Translations under genes and position numbers: made by a program | Part shown: positions 24,322 to 37,501 of the stretch, piece after piece | Layout: every line of letters starts with the position of its first letter | Position numbering within the stretch: the stretch's first letter is position 1 | Assembly: GCA_038496445.1 (NCBI GenBank) | Contig: JALMLS010000064.1 | Span: 744,001-808,000 of the forward strand | Origin: Trichosphaerium sp. ATCC 40318 | Lineage: Eukaryota; Protista; Tubulinea | Direction: 5' to 3' | Length of the DNA stretch: 64,000 nucleotides | Notes under the pieces: generated by a model | Told to the model about the DNA's origin: nothing | Seen by the model: only the letters and a program-made list of their open reading frames with translations | Database searches by the model: none

Positions 24322-26460
24322 TCAAACTTTAACATTCGTTATTTTTAGAACAAACACATGCTCAGATGTTGTCAATGATTGAAGTGCCAGTGGTACTACT
24401 ACTTCCATACCACTTCCAGAAAGAGCTGTGTACTGTAAGAAACCGGCACCGGCACCCAGCATTTGAACCTAGAATGTTTATATATTATCAAGTCTGATAA
24501 AAAAAAGGGTTGTACCGTTGTATCCGATGTTGGAGTGACAGCATTTAAACGAACATAGGTTTCAGGCCACTCTTGTAATAATGTGTATACAGTTGTACCT
24601 TTTCTAGTGTAGCGTATTTTATCGCCTTTTAACGCATTATGAGCAAGGATGTAACCATTAATTTTGGTGGCTTACCTTCGCCAAATACTTGCCTAAAAGC
24701 ACTTAATACTTAGTTCTTTTTTTTGGTTAATGTACCAAGGTGTTGATTCGTAGATTGCTTCTCCATTGATTGAAAGCCATTTACCTATAGAACGTAGTCT
24801 CTCTTCCATAATTGGATCAATCATACCATCAGCTCTAGGTCTAAACAGAACAGGTCAACCAAAATCCGTATTCAACGTAAGTGAGTTCTTGAAGATATCG
24901 GAGAAACTAACCCAACGTTCAAGTCCAAATTTCCTCCTTTTGAAACCAAATCACATAAAAGTCGGATAAAGAATGCAGCATCGTTATAATCCTCACTAGT
25001 CTCATTCCGATTGTATCTAAACAAAAGAACTTTCAAAAAAATATATCACGTGAATTGCACGTGATCAGACTTTTCTGCAAAGTGTTGTACCCAAAAGAGT
25101 ATCCCATACCAAGAGTATCTTCCCAAGGGTGGTCAACAATATCCTCAACAGGACAAAACTCTGACAGCCCTCCAAATTCACATACATAGTATCCACCGTC
25201 TTTACCTCTTGTTTCACTTCCTATGCAATGTCATTAATGTCTTAGCAGGATATTCTAATTGAGGGCACCCCATCGATCGTTAACAGCGATTGTATCTTTT
25301 ACAGAAGATTCATTAAACAACCATGCCAAGAAGTCCTTAGATTTCCACTAAACAAAATTAAAGAGAAGTTAGCGTTATATCTCAAGTACGAAGTCACTGT
25401 CATGTTCCCATTCTCCATCCACATAAAGATTATCGGGTCGGTATCTTGATATCAAGTCCTTGAGTTGAGGAAGCATAATTTCATCGACATAGCGCTAAAA
25501 AACAAAGAAAGTTAATGCTTATTCCGCCATCCGTGATAAACTACCTGCGGTGTAGGACCAACGTATAGCGTGTTATACCATTCATAAAGAGAATAGTACG
25601 CTCCTACCTTGATGTCTTCTTTTCGCAGAGCAGTAGCAAGTTCACCAAATAAATCTGAAACAAAGTCAACCAAATCCTATAGCTAGCTGTTTCTAACCTC
25701 TTTTTGGACCACTGTCAACACTATTCCTATACACGTACTAAGGACACTTGATTATTATTTAAATACACTTACCATTCTCCTGACTCTTTATTGGGCCACA
25801 GGCAGTACCCGTCTTTCAATAAAAAAAATGAGAAAAAATTTCTTTGAACACAAAATAAGGCACCATGATGCTTTGATGTCATTGTAACATATCTTGCTCC
25901 ACTATCTTTAAATAATTTTGCCCAAGCGTCAGGATCCCTTCAAACGCTCAACCAAACCTCACTACTCTGGGACAAGACCGTACCATAAATCAGCTCGAAA
26001 CTGATCAGAACGAGCAAATTCCTCATACTTATGATCAGGTCCATACGTTTTAGCATCATAAGCCGCATAAGGACCATCAGGGAATTCTCTAGTAAAGTAC
26101 CAATACCATTCAGCATACCTAGTACGATATTTACGCTTAAACGAGACTCAATACTGTACCCTCCATCCAAATCCTGATGAAAAAAAGAAAAATTAACGGT
26201 TGACATTCGAAAAGTCGTTGAAAGCTTACTGGTGTAGGACGCCACCCTGGAAACCCAATAGAAGGTACACTGTATATCCCCCAATGAATAAACACGCCAA
26301 ACTTAGCGTCCTTAAACCTAACACATGCGTATCACGTTTATGAACCGTTGTAAATAATAAAATACCAACTAGGTGTCGGTCTTTGGTTTAGAGAAGGCCA
26401 AGTAGGTGTATACTGAGCTGTAGCAAGCCCTATAACCAATAATAAAAGAAGCAAGTGCAT
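24322..26460 (-). CDS. FUCA: Alpha-L-fucosidase (GH29), secreted/lysosomal
   Basis: Signal peptide, then [58 protein letters not shown] and LLLNVG. Confidence 0.9.
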
Positions 26461-26605
26461 CTTAGGATAGTGTCACTTGTGTTCACAGCGAAAAGTCGCC
26501 TCAATTCAACTAGCCTTAAAAAGTGGACTACAAAAAAAAAGCGCTGAAACAAGAGCAACCTGAATACCACTACTAGAAGTAGTGAAGAGGATCGCTTTTT
26601 ATTCC

Positions 26606-28723
26606 TTAACAAGCCAATGAACCCATTGGATCCCAAGGCTTGAGTACAATTGGTTCTTGACTGAGTATTTCAACAGTTTCCTTTGGTAAATACTTTTTGT
26701 CAATTACAAGTTCATACAAATACTCATCAAACCAGTTATCCGCCATAACAAGGTATCCCTTATCACCACCTTCAGATCCCCAACTATTTTCAATACGCCA
26801 TTGAGTTGGCTTACCGTCAACTAGATTAACAGCAGTCAAAACCATCTACGACGAGAACGTGTCAGAACACAAACATAACGAAACGAAAAGCAAAAAAAAA
26901 AAACAACAAAATGAAACATACAGCGTGGGTCATTTCAGATTGTCTGTAATCAAGACGTTGAGCTTTGGTCATTGTAGGCTCTACATCGAAGCCCTAAACG
27001 AAGGATATGAGAGATACATAATTAATCATTAAACATACCAATTTGTAGTCAAGCAAGTCCATGTTCATAGTACCAAGTTTACGGTTAAAGTGCTTGCCTA
27101 AAAGAAATGTAAACTTCCAAACGAGCACAACAACGACTAAAACATACCAACATCACATCCAAACCAAATTGGGTTACCATCACTGAGTTGAGCAATGGCA
27201 TACTTTTTAAGCTCTTCAACAGTCACTATAATATAAAGAATTAAATACACATGTGACAACAATAGCTTGCATGTACATACCATTGATATACCTAATCTTA
27301 TGACCTTCAACAATGTTACCAAGGAACTGAACAGTAAACAACCTAATCACATTGTATAAGCGCTCACATGTCTTTGAAAAGGAAAGAAATGTATCTAAAA
27401 CGTACTTATTGTAAGGCTTATCGGCTGTAGGTGCATTGATCAAACAAACTTGATCGTCCAGTTTGTAAGGAACATGAGTCTTGAAAAACCTGTTTGGAGT
27501 GAGTATGTAATTCTACGTGTTTTCTTTCATGCACTTACTCTTGAGGTGTGATGTCTCGCATAGCAACATACTTCTTATCTTTGGTGTAGTAACACCAGTC
27601 GAATTTTTGAGGAGGTGGTCCCAAGAAGATGCATAGAATACGGTAAACCTCAGTCATTTGCTCAGCCTTCTTCTTCTCGAGCTAGCAATTGTTACACACC
27701 AGCGTACATAAAATAGTGCAACATACCTCTTCTACGCTTCCTTTCATAGAACGCAACTAGGTAGTCATGTAAGTAACCAAAAAGGGAGACAAACAAAGAA
27801 AATGAAAAGAAGATACGAGAAAAAACGGAGAAAACACTGCCTGTGGCTTGATCTTACCTCACAAGCGTAATCACGAAGTTTGCCTTTTAAGAACCTATTC
27901 AAAGTCCTGGACGCGCTAAAAACAATCAGGTAAATCACATTCAGCATGAAAGTCGGCAAGAACGAAAGAAAAAAAGAAAGCGAAAAAAAAGAACACAATT
28001 TGATAAAAGAACTCTACTTACACAGATTGAGCAGTCTCAGGGTAAGCAGCCTTTGGTACCACACCATACTTTTCAACAAGATTGACAAGCATATCCCATT
28101 GTCCACCATCAGAAATAAGCTCCTAAAGAAGATTTAAAAAGCCTTGATCTTTTTTTATTAGTTATATCGGCATCGTTTACCTTCAGAAGCCAGTCTACAA
28201 CACGACAGTCTGTTGGCTCTTCTCTCGTCTTAATTATAGCGTCCAAGAAGTAGTTACTCTTTTCGAGTTTGTCGTAGAAAAACAAGTAGTTTTGGCTAAA
28301 CTCAAAACTATCGATGTTGTGCTTCTCCTGGTAGTGGTGTAAGTAGAAACGGCGTAAGAACAACATTTTTGGCTAACCATGAAAGGAATACGCATAGTAT
28401 TAAGCGCAGCGAACAACCAGCAGCGTCCTGAGCTCTTTTGGTTCGTCGTTGGTTTACCTAGAACCGTTTAACACAAGTTCGCGTGCAGTGAATAACCGAC
28501 CTTCATTTGAGACCTTGTGGGAGAACACATGGCTTAGGGAAGCTGCAACATCTCTATTTAGCAAGACATCTGCAACAGCAGTTCTATAAATTGTTAGTTT
28601 CGCTACCAGTACTCTAGTGGCGTCAACGTACTTATTTATAGCATTTGTCATGAGTTTGTACTTATCAGACTTGTCATAGTCTTGTTTAAACTGTTCGAGT
28701 AACTGCGGAGTAAGAGATGCCAT
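26606..28723 (-). CDS. BLMH: Bleomycin hydrolase / cysteine aminopeptidase (peptidase C1B)
   Basis: TNQKSSGRCWLFA (catalytic Cys), FEFSQNYLFFYDKLEKSNYFL, IWFGCDVG, MTHA, WRIENSWG and PWDPMGSLA. Confidence 0.95.
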
Positions 28724-28791
28724 CGTTAACGGGGGTGATGAAGAAACGGTGACAAAATTTTTCTCGCCTTGGTCAAACAACCTTTAATGAA

Positions 28792-30824
28792 ATGCCTGAG
28801 CTACCAGCTGTAGAAAAAACGCGTAGATTGATCGAGGACTGTGCCGAGGGCAAGACGATAAAGGATGTGTACACAGTACGTACTGTTGACGTTTTGGGCG
28901 TTGAGTTTAACGTTTGACATTTAAGACCGAAGATACTATAGTGTATCGTGGTGTATCCCATGACGCGTTTGCAGAGAGCGTACGTGGGAAAAAGGTCATT
29001 TCTGTAAACAGGAAAGGTACATTATTGTACAGTTCCTCGATAGCCTAACCACACGCCAGGGAAGTACTTGTACATAAAATTAAGCTCTGCACCATTTCCT
29101 GTGCTTCATCTTGGAATGTCAGGCAAAGTTGTGTATAAAACCGCCGAAGACATCGAAGAAATGCGTAAGGTACGTTTTAAAAAGGCGTAACAATTAATTT
29201 ACAAAAACCTCACAAAACTCTCCCGTATAGGCTTTAGACGCGGAAAAAGAGTCGGAAGATGACAGTGATGAAGTTATGAGCGAAGACAGGTATACATATG
29301 AATACACCAAAACCACTACAAATACCCTCACTATTCTCTCTACATGTTTTCTTAACGCACTAGCGCAAAAACTCCCTCCTGAGCATTTGTGTTTCGTGAC
29401 ATTTTTGGCGCGATTTTTTATCATTTTTTTGGAAATTCTTATTTTGGTTGTAGTGACTTTGTAGATAAAACTCCAACAAAATCAAAAAAGAGAAGGTCTT
29501 CAACCACTAAAGCAAAAGATCTTGAAAGCAGAAAACATTCAAAATCAAACACAGAAAACGACTCATGGCCTTCTAAATATGCTAAATTTGTATTCACATT
29601 CGAAGACGAATCTCAACTTGCTTACATCAATATTCGTCGGTAAGTTACCCTATATATCCCTCAACCTAGTTTCAACGCTTTCACGAGTACTTCGCCATTT
29701 TGTTTACCTACACAACCTCTTGGCGCTTTCTTTTTGGTCTTCTTCTTTTTTTTTTGATTAACACGTGATTTTTGTAGACTTGGAAGAATTTGGTTACTTG
29801 AAGATCCTACAATTGAAGAACCTATTTCAAAGCTTGGACCAGATCCACTCTTAGATATGCCATCACTAAAACAGTTTACAGAAATGCTCAGGTGAGTAGC
29901 ACATCAAAACAAAAAATTTCAAGAAGAAGAAAAAGACGTAACTTTTCTAGACCACGGAAGGCCTTCATTAAGCCTTTACTTATGGATCAATCTTTTATGG
30001 CTGGTATAGGTAATTGGATAGCTGACGAGGTAGCACTTTTAAGAATAAAGAACGTCAAAAAAATTAATGGACACTAGGTTCTTTATCAATCGAAAATTCA
30101 TCCACAAAAAAAAACTGACGCGTTACTCCCGGAACATATCAAGTCTTTGCATAAAAATATACGCCATATAATTACAACAGCTGTTAAAGCAAATGAAAGT
30201 CGTAATAGATTCCCAAGTGATTGGTTGTTTCATGTACGTTGGAGTAAAAGCAAAAAGGAAAAAATGAAAACAGCAAAAAATGAAGAAATTGAGTTTGTAA
30301 CTGTTGGTGGGAGAACTTCAGCGTTTGTACCTGATATACAGAAATTAACTGAAGAAGAACAAGAAGCCATTGTCCAAAACCAGAAAAAACGTAAGCGTAA
30401 GGATACAGATGACTCCAAAACCAAGAAAAAACCAGCAAAGAAACGAAGAAAAACTTCATCAACAAAAAAATCGGGTGATGAACCAAAATCTCAAAAAATA
30501 TCAAAAAAGAAACCGACTAAGGCTAAGACACAAAAGAAAACAGTGAAAGGAGAGTCAAAGAAGCGTAAAAGAGAAGTTAATGAAGAAAGTGACTTTGAAG
30601 AAACACCAAAAAAACGTACGAGAAAATCATCAAAAAAGTCAACAACAAAGACAAAAAAAGTTGTGGTGAAGAAAAAGAAGAAAAGTGGTTCAAGTGCAAG
30701 TACTAGTACAAGAAAAAAACAAATATTAAAGAAAAGTAACTCAATGACAGACTTTGAAGTATCACCAAAGAAACGTAAAAGGCGTACAACGGAGAAACAG
30801 AAAGGAAAAACTTCGAAATCATAA
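28792..30824 (+). CDS. FPG: Fpg/MutM DNA glycosylase, plant/fungal zincless-finger type, with a long Lys-rich tail
   Basis: MPELPAVE, RKGK, LHLGMSG, LGPDPL, LLMDQSFMAGIGNWIADE and VTVGGRTSAFVP. Confidence 0.9.
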
Positions 30825-31318
30825 AAAAAAAGCAACAAAATTGTATTAATAACATTTCGCTCTACAAGAGTTCTAAATTACACAAAAACAGTGTAGAGTC
30901 ATTTTTCATGAGATGTCCTATAACCTCTCATAGGCCAGAACGCCCAATACAGTCGTTTCAACCACAAAATTGTTTAGTTTTGGCGGGTTTTTTGGTTTTA
31001 TGTGCACATGGTGCTTGTCCGATACCAAAATAGAGCAACAGTCTGTGCCTACGTTGCAAAGAAAGTAGGAGGTGGGATGAAACAACCTCCCGCCTCCAAA
31101 CATGCTGTTACAAATGGACGTAATACAACTCAATATCCAATAGTTTTATCTCTACTCAATTCAACACTTCTTAGTAAATCTAAGATTGCTTTTGTCATCA
31201 ATCGGTATAAGACTATGTGAAAACAGACTTAAAAAAATCAGTAGCGAAATCACGTGATATAATAAAAATGTTTTTGAATCACGTGATCGCCAACTTTCGA
31301 ACAAATTTGTTCAAAAAT

Positions 31319-31384
31319 ATTTGCACCATGCAATAGGTGTGCACCCTTTTTTTTGCACTTATGTAAACTTTGCATGGTGCAAAT
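31319..31384. repeat. 15-bp perfect inverted repeat (ATTTGCACCATGCAA ... TTGCATGGTGCAAAT) with a 36-nt spacer
   Basis: Arms at 31319-31333 and 31370-31384 are exact reverse complements. Confidence 0.8.
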
Positions 31385-32033
31385 TTTGTTGCTTGTACCT
31401 AAGAGGCACAGTAAATGGCTCTGAGGATGGCGTTGTACTTTCAGTTTTTAACCTGTAACCAAGTTTCCGAGGTCTTCTTGCTTTCTAAGTATGCCGCTTT
31501 AATGTCGGCGATATACAAGGCCTTTCGGGGCTGTATTTCGGGTTATAACAGCCGACGAAAACAAATTCTTATTTTCATGACATGGAAAGCCAGTTCACAT
31601 ATTGTAGACGCAAGTACGCAAGTAGGTTTAAACAAAAAGAAACAAAAAGGACACGAAGTTTGATTTACAAACAAAGTGGGTGGCTATCACGAAAGACCAA
31701 AACAAAACGTGACTGTTCCTAAATAAAGCGTAACATCATTGCTACTAGCGGGGCAAACAAATACCACGACGTACGCTACTTCTTCAAAGCCATATAAAGG
31801 CCTCTAGAAGCTAGTTTAACCAAACGTTCACCTCAAACCCAACTAAGCAAACCATGTTATCTTTTGCCAAAACTAGTTCACTTCTCCACAACGAAGCAGG
31901 CTGTCGCATCCATTCTTGGTACCCAAATACGGTAGGATTAAAATGTGTACACTGATCCATGTCATACAAATCTCATAAAACATATCCCATCACCACCAAA
32001 GCAACACCTCATCAAAAGAGCCGGACTCTAAAA

Positions 32034-33181
32034 ATGAAAGCTGCAGTATCTGTATTTCTTCTTTGCATAGTCTTTTCTTTATTCACAGTTGTTTCAAGTC
32101 ATGGCAGACTGACTTCTCCTCGAACACGTGATCAACAAGCTGACAGGCCTATTTACCAACAAGACGCACCAGTACAACTCCAAAACGGTCAATACACCTC
32201 AGCTCACAGATGTCGAAACCTTCCTTTTGTAGCCACAACAGAAACCTACAACGCCGGACAAACTTACACAGTCACGTGGGCTTTCGCAGCCGCACATCCA
32301 GGAGACTGCTTCTTCTATCTTTCTTTCGATAATGAAGCGACATGGGCAAAGATAGATCAAATCCGCGATTGTAATCTTATCGGAAGCTGGGACTTAACTA
32401 TTCCTTCATGGGTACCTAGTGGTCAAGCTGTACTTCGATGGGAATGGTATTCACTTCAACAAGTTGTTAACGTTGAGTACTATCTTCAATGTGCCGATAT
32501 AGTCATTGCAAACGGTAATAGTGGCCCTGTATCTTGGACACCTGTTGTTACAATACCTGGACATCTTCCTCTTGATGCTGGTCAATACAGAAAAGTATAC
32601 GAACCAAACGCTCCTTTCTTCTACACAGGACCTGCTATAGCAACATTCACTGGATCTGTACCTCCTCCACCACCGACACAACCTTCTTCCACTCCTGCGC
32701 CTCCTCCACCTCCACCACCTCCACCAACAAATGCTCCACAAGCTCAATCAGCGTTTTGCCCTACTGTATCTGATGTATCGATAGCCAGTAAGTCCTTTTT
32801 TTTTCTTTGAGTTGTGCACTATCTAACAGAACGGCACTTAGATTATGGGTCAAGCATGAACGTAAATGTTAAGCTTACTGCACCTTCTTCTGGCGCTCCT
32901 GTTACTTCAGTTCGCTTACGCCAATTATCACCTGCAGGCGCTGCTGCTACCAGTTGTTGGTCATCTACTGGGGCAGTAGTTGATGGAAGTACTACAGAAT
33001 CTGGCACTAAAATTGTAAACGATTTCTAATTGTTACACTTGTGACTTATGTTCACCTTTAGATTACATTTTACCAACCTTGGGCTGCTGGCACAGAAAGA
33101 GCTGTTATAGGATGCAGTTGGGATAATGGAGATGATAATCTTGCTGTATCTGTAATTGAAGCAAACGGCAATGCATGTTAA
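32034..33181 (+). CDS. Secreted lytic polysaccharide monooxygenase (LPMO) with Pro-rich linker and C-terminal CBM2-like module
   Basis: 22-aa signal peptide followed immediately by His1 (HGRLTSPRTR, codon at 32100). Second His in AAHPGDC, then LRWEWYS...EYYLQCADI. Ends IEANGNAC*. Confidence 0.85.
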
Positions 33182-33360
33182 TAAAATAAATAAATAGTAC
33201 TACACCAAACAGTAATGTGATTGGAATAAATTAGTGAAACAAAGTTGCTAACATCACTCCCATTGTTATGAATTTCTTTTATTTTTTTTAAGACTTCTTT
33301 TACATTAAAGTTCTTGTCTGTTCTTTTACGTTCAAGTACATGTTAAATTGGCACAAATGA

Positions 33361-36300
33361 TTAGATGAGAGAATCTTCGCCATCATTCTAACATAAAAAA
33401 TAAGCAAGGCAAAAAACAAACTTTGGGGTTCGTTTTGTCTTGTATACGTACGTCATCATCTAATGAAATATCTGCTGTATCGTCAGCAGGTGGTTTATCG
33501 TTTGTGATGATAACATTACCTTCATCATCGTCAAGCAAGCCAGTGGCAGCTAAAATGAAAGAAAATTAACAACAAAAATAATTACTCCAAAAAAAACTTG
33601 ATTAAAAAACTTACCTTCTTGTTCAACTGGTTGGTAAGTGTGGTCGCTATCTGAGAGCTTGAATAATCCATGTATCCATGTCTTAAATCTGAAGACAAAA
33701 ACAAATCAGCATACACGAAAAGACCGGCAATGTTTTTCGTAGAAAAAAAAAACATAACGTACCCATCGTTTCTCATGTAAAAGAATACAAAGACACCAAT
33801 ACCAATTACAACAGCGAGAATGAATAGAACAAATAACCAAACTCCCCAATGGGTATTTTTAATTACGTCAGGAATAAGGCTACCAGGCTAATAGTAATTG
33901 TAAGACAACATTGACAAAAAAGCTCAGAAAAAAACCAGTTCCTTGACAAACGTACAGAATCTGGGCGTGTAGAGCATGGAATGCGTCCTTTTGGCATTGC
34001 TTCAGCGCCAGACATTGTATCAGAGCACCTGTTACCTTCTTCAAGACGATAACCAACTAAAGGAAGGTGAGACAAAAGCTTCTAGAAGTAAAACCTTCCG
34101 GAATAAAAAGACGCAAAACAAAAAGACAACTTACCATCAGCGTAGTAGAAATCAGTCTTAGTAGGACAAGCATGTGCATCAGAAGGCTCAGGTAACTTTT
34201 CAAGTTGTGTCGATTCCTCAAGACATACAAAAGTACATTCCTTCTTTGCACCTTGTCTCTCATAACAAGTATCACTAGAAAACATATCAGAAAAAGTTGT
34301 TCACAACTAACACAATTTCTTCTTGCGTACCATTCATAATCGTAGTCCTTGCAAGGACATACACCTCCTACAGTGGTAATAGCAGGCTTCTTGATACCAT
34401 CATAACACTCAACACCAGGCTTACGACGAGTGTACGTCAAGTGCTAAAGAAAGTTAGTTTTCACATTCAAAAAACCTTATAGTTCTTTCTTGCTTTAAGT
34501 TCTTCTAAACTAGATAACGTACCATTCCATTGGTACAATCTTGTCCACCAAATTCAGGTGTCCATTCTTCATAATCAGTTTGTTTACAAGGTGTTGACAA
34601 AGCTTCGGTGAAATCTAATTTAACGATGACTGATTTTCCTTGACGGATGCCATAGAGAATGAACTTTCGTGAATTGAAAAACTTAGCAACACGGATATTA
34701 GCAACATCAATAGGTAGTGCTGTAAATTGACATTGTTTAAAAGTATGACCGTGATCAAGCGTAAACCTAAAGTAAGGAAAAGTCAGTTTTTTGTTGTTCT
34801 TACAAAAAATCGGTTTTTAAAACTTTGGCTCTCGTACAAAATCTCGTTTGTATCTTGCTCCTTTGTAGCAAGTACAATTATACTACCATGATCACCAATT
34901 TCAGGCATCCAAAGACCCTTCTTTAGTTCAGTCCAGGAGTTACCACCTAAGGGTGAGTTGAGTCAAAAATATCAAAAGAAAAACGAGAAAAAAACCTTCA
35001 AATAAAAGACATACCATCATTAGTAAAGTAAGTATTGGCATCTGTACGTGCAGTTGATAATCTTGCTCCGTGGTTACCAGTAGCAATCATCATACCAGGT
35101 GCACTCTCAACAGTGTATGTGTAACCAAACTCGAGCGATGCATAGTCAGTACCAAGCCATCTGTTTCCGTGTAGGTTCAATGAACAATGTGGTCTATTGC
35201 AGTTCAAGGTAATACCATTTGCATCTTTTTCAGGTGCAGGAAGGTTAAACCAACGAGAACCTATGAGAAAAAGAGAAAATTAGAGTCACATAAGACTACA
35301 ACTGTTAAAAAAACATACCATCATTGAATGTATGGTATGTGCGGACAATATCAGTTGCAGCAGGATATTTTGTGTTGTAATCAACCTCAAACCTGTTGGC
35401 TAGGTACACATTTTCTAGACCTTCCCAACGGTTAAAGTGGTAATCTCTTTATAATAAAGTCAGTTGAGCAAAACGACAATATCTTGATGTATACGTACTC
35501 CAAGTGGTCAAAAATCTCTGTGAATTGTTGATCCTCATCATTACTTTTAAATAAATCGCTGTACGATTGGGATCCATCTTGAGGAGGGTTCTTATGGAGC
35601 AATTGAACAATAACACCCTAGTTTATAAAATTTAACAAATTGCTTTGTAAAACAATTTCTATCGTATCGTACATCTTCAAAGGTACGCTGTGGTTGTACA
35701 ATACCATAACGTAAACCAGGATCACTAAGATCTTCTTCTGAAGGGAACCAAGCTGTAGTCCAAGAAATACCACCATCTAAGCTAAACTTCAAGTCTGTGG
35801 CAGACTCTGTCTCTGAACGAAGCTAAAAAAATTACATCAACAAATAGACCCACAAAAATAAGTGTATTAAAATGTTTTACCTGCTCAATGACAAAGTGGT
35901 CTCTGTGCTTATCGTTGCCTTGAAGATAGAAAGTAAGCACACAAAGCAGCTAAAGTCGTTACCTTTCAAAATTCTCCAAGCTACGACATGCTCAGCTATG
36001 ACGTTTATTGTCTTGAAGTAATCCGTTGTACGGATTAATTGATTATTCCATTTGTTTACAGTAGCTCCTGGGGTCACGTACTGTGCGTACATAATAGGCT
36101 AATACGAATAGTCTAGTAAGCAAACAAAGAACTATAATTATAACTAGGATCAGCCGTACAGTGGTAGCAGTTTCATCATTTGACCAAGAAAGAACTTTGA
36201 AAGAAAGTGAGTTTTGAAATGATGTAGCGTTGACCAAAGGCTTCCAAGTGGCCATAGCATCGTCAGTATAAAAGAACTCTTCGATAAGACCTGATTTACG

Positions 36301-37261
36301 CTTGAGTGAATAAGCGACCCTAAAAAGAACGAGTTAAACCAAAAAGGCACGTATAACAGCAAACAAACTAAAGAGGACAACTCTGATGGATCCAAACGAA
36401 AGTAAAAAAAAATGGTGTACACTTACTCGGCATGGGAAGGGCACAAGGAAGTACCAGAACCGTAGGCTGGGACCTTTACAGTATCTGGGCGAATAGCTTG
36501 GAATGTTTTAAGACCATCATTTGTGTAGTAAACGAGGTTAAGGCTTGAAGTCGTCTTTGCTTTAAACCAAAGCTAGAAAAAAAAATTTAGATTGAAAGAA
36601 AGATTAATTATTTCTTTGTGGCTTAAAAATAAATGTATTCGCCGTTTTGTTCTTACGTGACCGTCTGAGTTAGGGTTTTGTTTAATCTCCTGAATTCTGT
36701 GGTCTTCAAAATTTTCTTTTGTCACGTTTTGCCATGTGTTACCCTAATTACGCGTCGCGTAGTTTAAGTACGTATTTCTTACGTTTGAAAGGGGAAAAAT
36801 GTGTGTTTACCTCATCAGGACTACGGTAAACCATACCATCAGTTGTCATGATAAATACAATCTAGTACGCATTGTTAGTGTTTTGACGCATATACGGGTA
36901 AATTAAAAGAAGTTTAAAGATTGATAGAAGGGAATAGTTTTAAAACAATTCTGGGGTTATGGGTACACGAAGAGAACTGTTAGTACATACTTGGTTGTCG
37001 ATTGGGTTACCATTTTCCCTGTCTTGAACAAAGAAAACTTGCCAGTGGTTTATTTTTGAGTCCTCATGCAAGTCAAACTACAACGTATGTTAGCGACAAA
37101 CTTTTTTCAAATCAAAAATCAAACTGATCAATAAAACAACGTACCTCTGATATTTTTACTTTATGATCCTCGCCACAGTTCGTTATTTGAGCAAACGACG
37201 CTACGAAGCAACAAAATAACGCTAGTAACGCTAAATCCCGCGTATATTGGGAAGACACCAT
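33361..37261 (-). CDS. VPS10: VPS10/sortilin-family sorting receptor
   Basis: Signal peptide. BNR/Asp-box motifs (FSLDGGISW, TFNDGSRWF, FTNDG..SW). CSLNLHG, SAPGMMIATGN, 10CC region (YTRRKPGVEC, CPCKDYDYE), a TM helix and an acidic tail. Confidence 0.9.
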
Positions 37262-37501
37262 TCTACGTGGTACAGCTCACTCTTACTATGGTTTCGCAGT
37301 TATTTGGGTTAAGTACAACGCGCTTAAAGTACACAATTTATTACTCCGCTCTAACGGCACTACATTGACACTTTCTCACAAAATTTATAAATTTTTAAAC
37401 TCTCAACATCAAATATTTGATTGTATCAAGATTAATACAAAGCTTATAGAAAGGTACATCACGTGCTAGTATGAAAAAAAAAAAACTGTAACATTGTTAT
37501 T

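Noticed and set aside
30184-30838. Minus-strand Phe/Leu-rich 'membrane protein' ORFs (also the plus-strand ORF 53817-54083)
   Set aside because: Antisense shadows of Lys-rich coding tails.
30918-31663. Short ORFs in the FPG-LPMO intergenic region
   Set aside because: No recognisable motifs or consistent splice structure.
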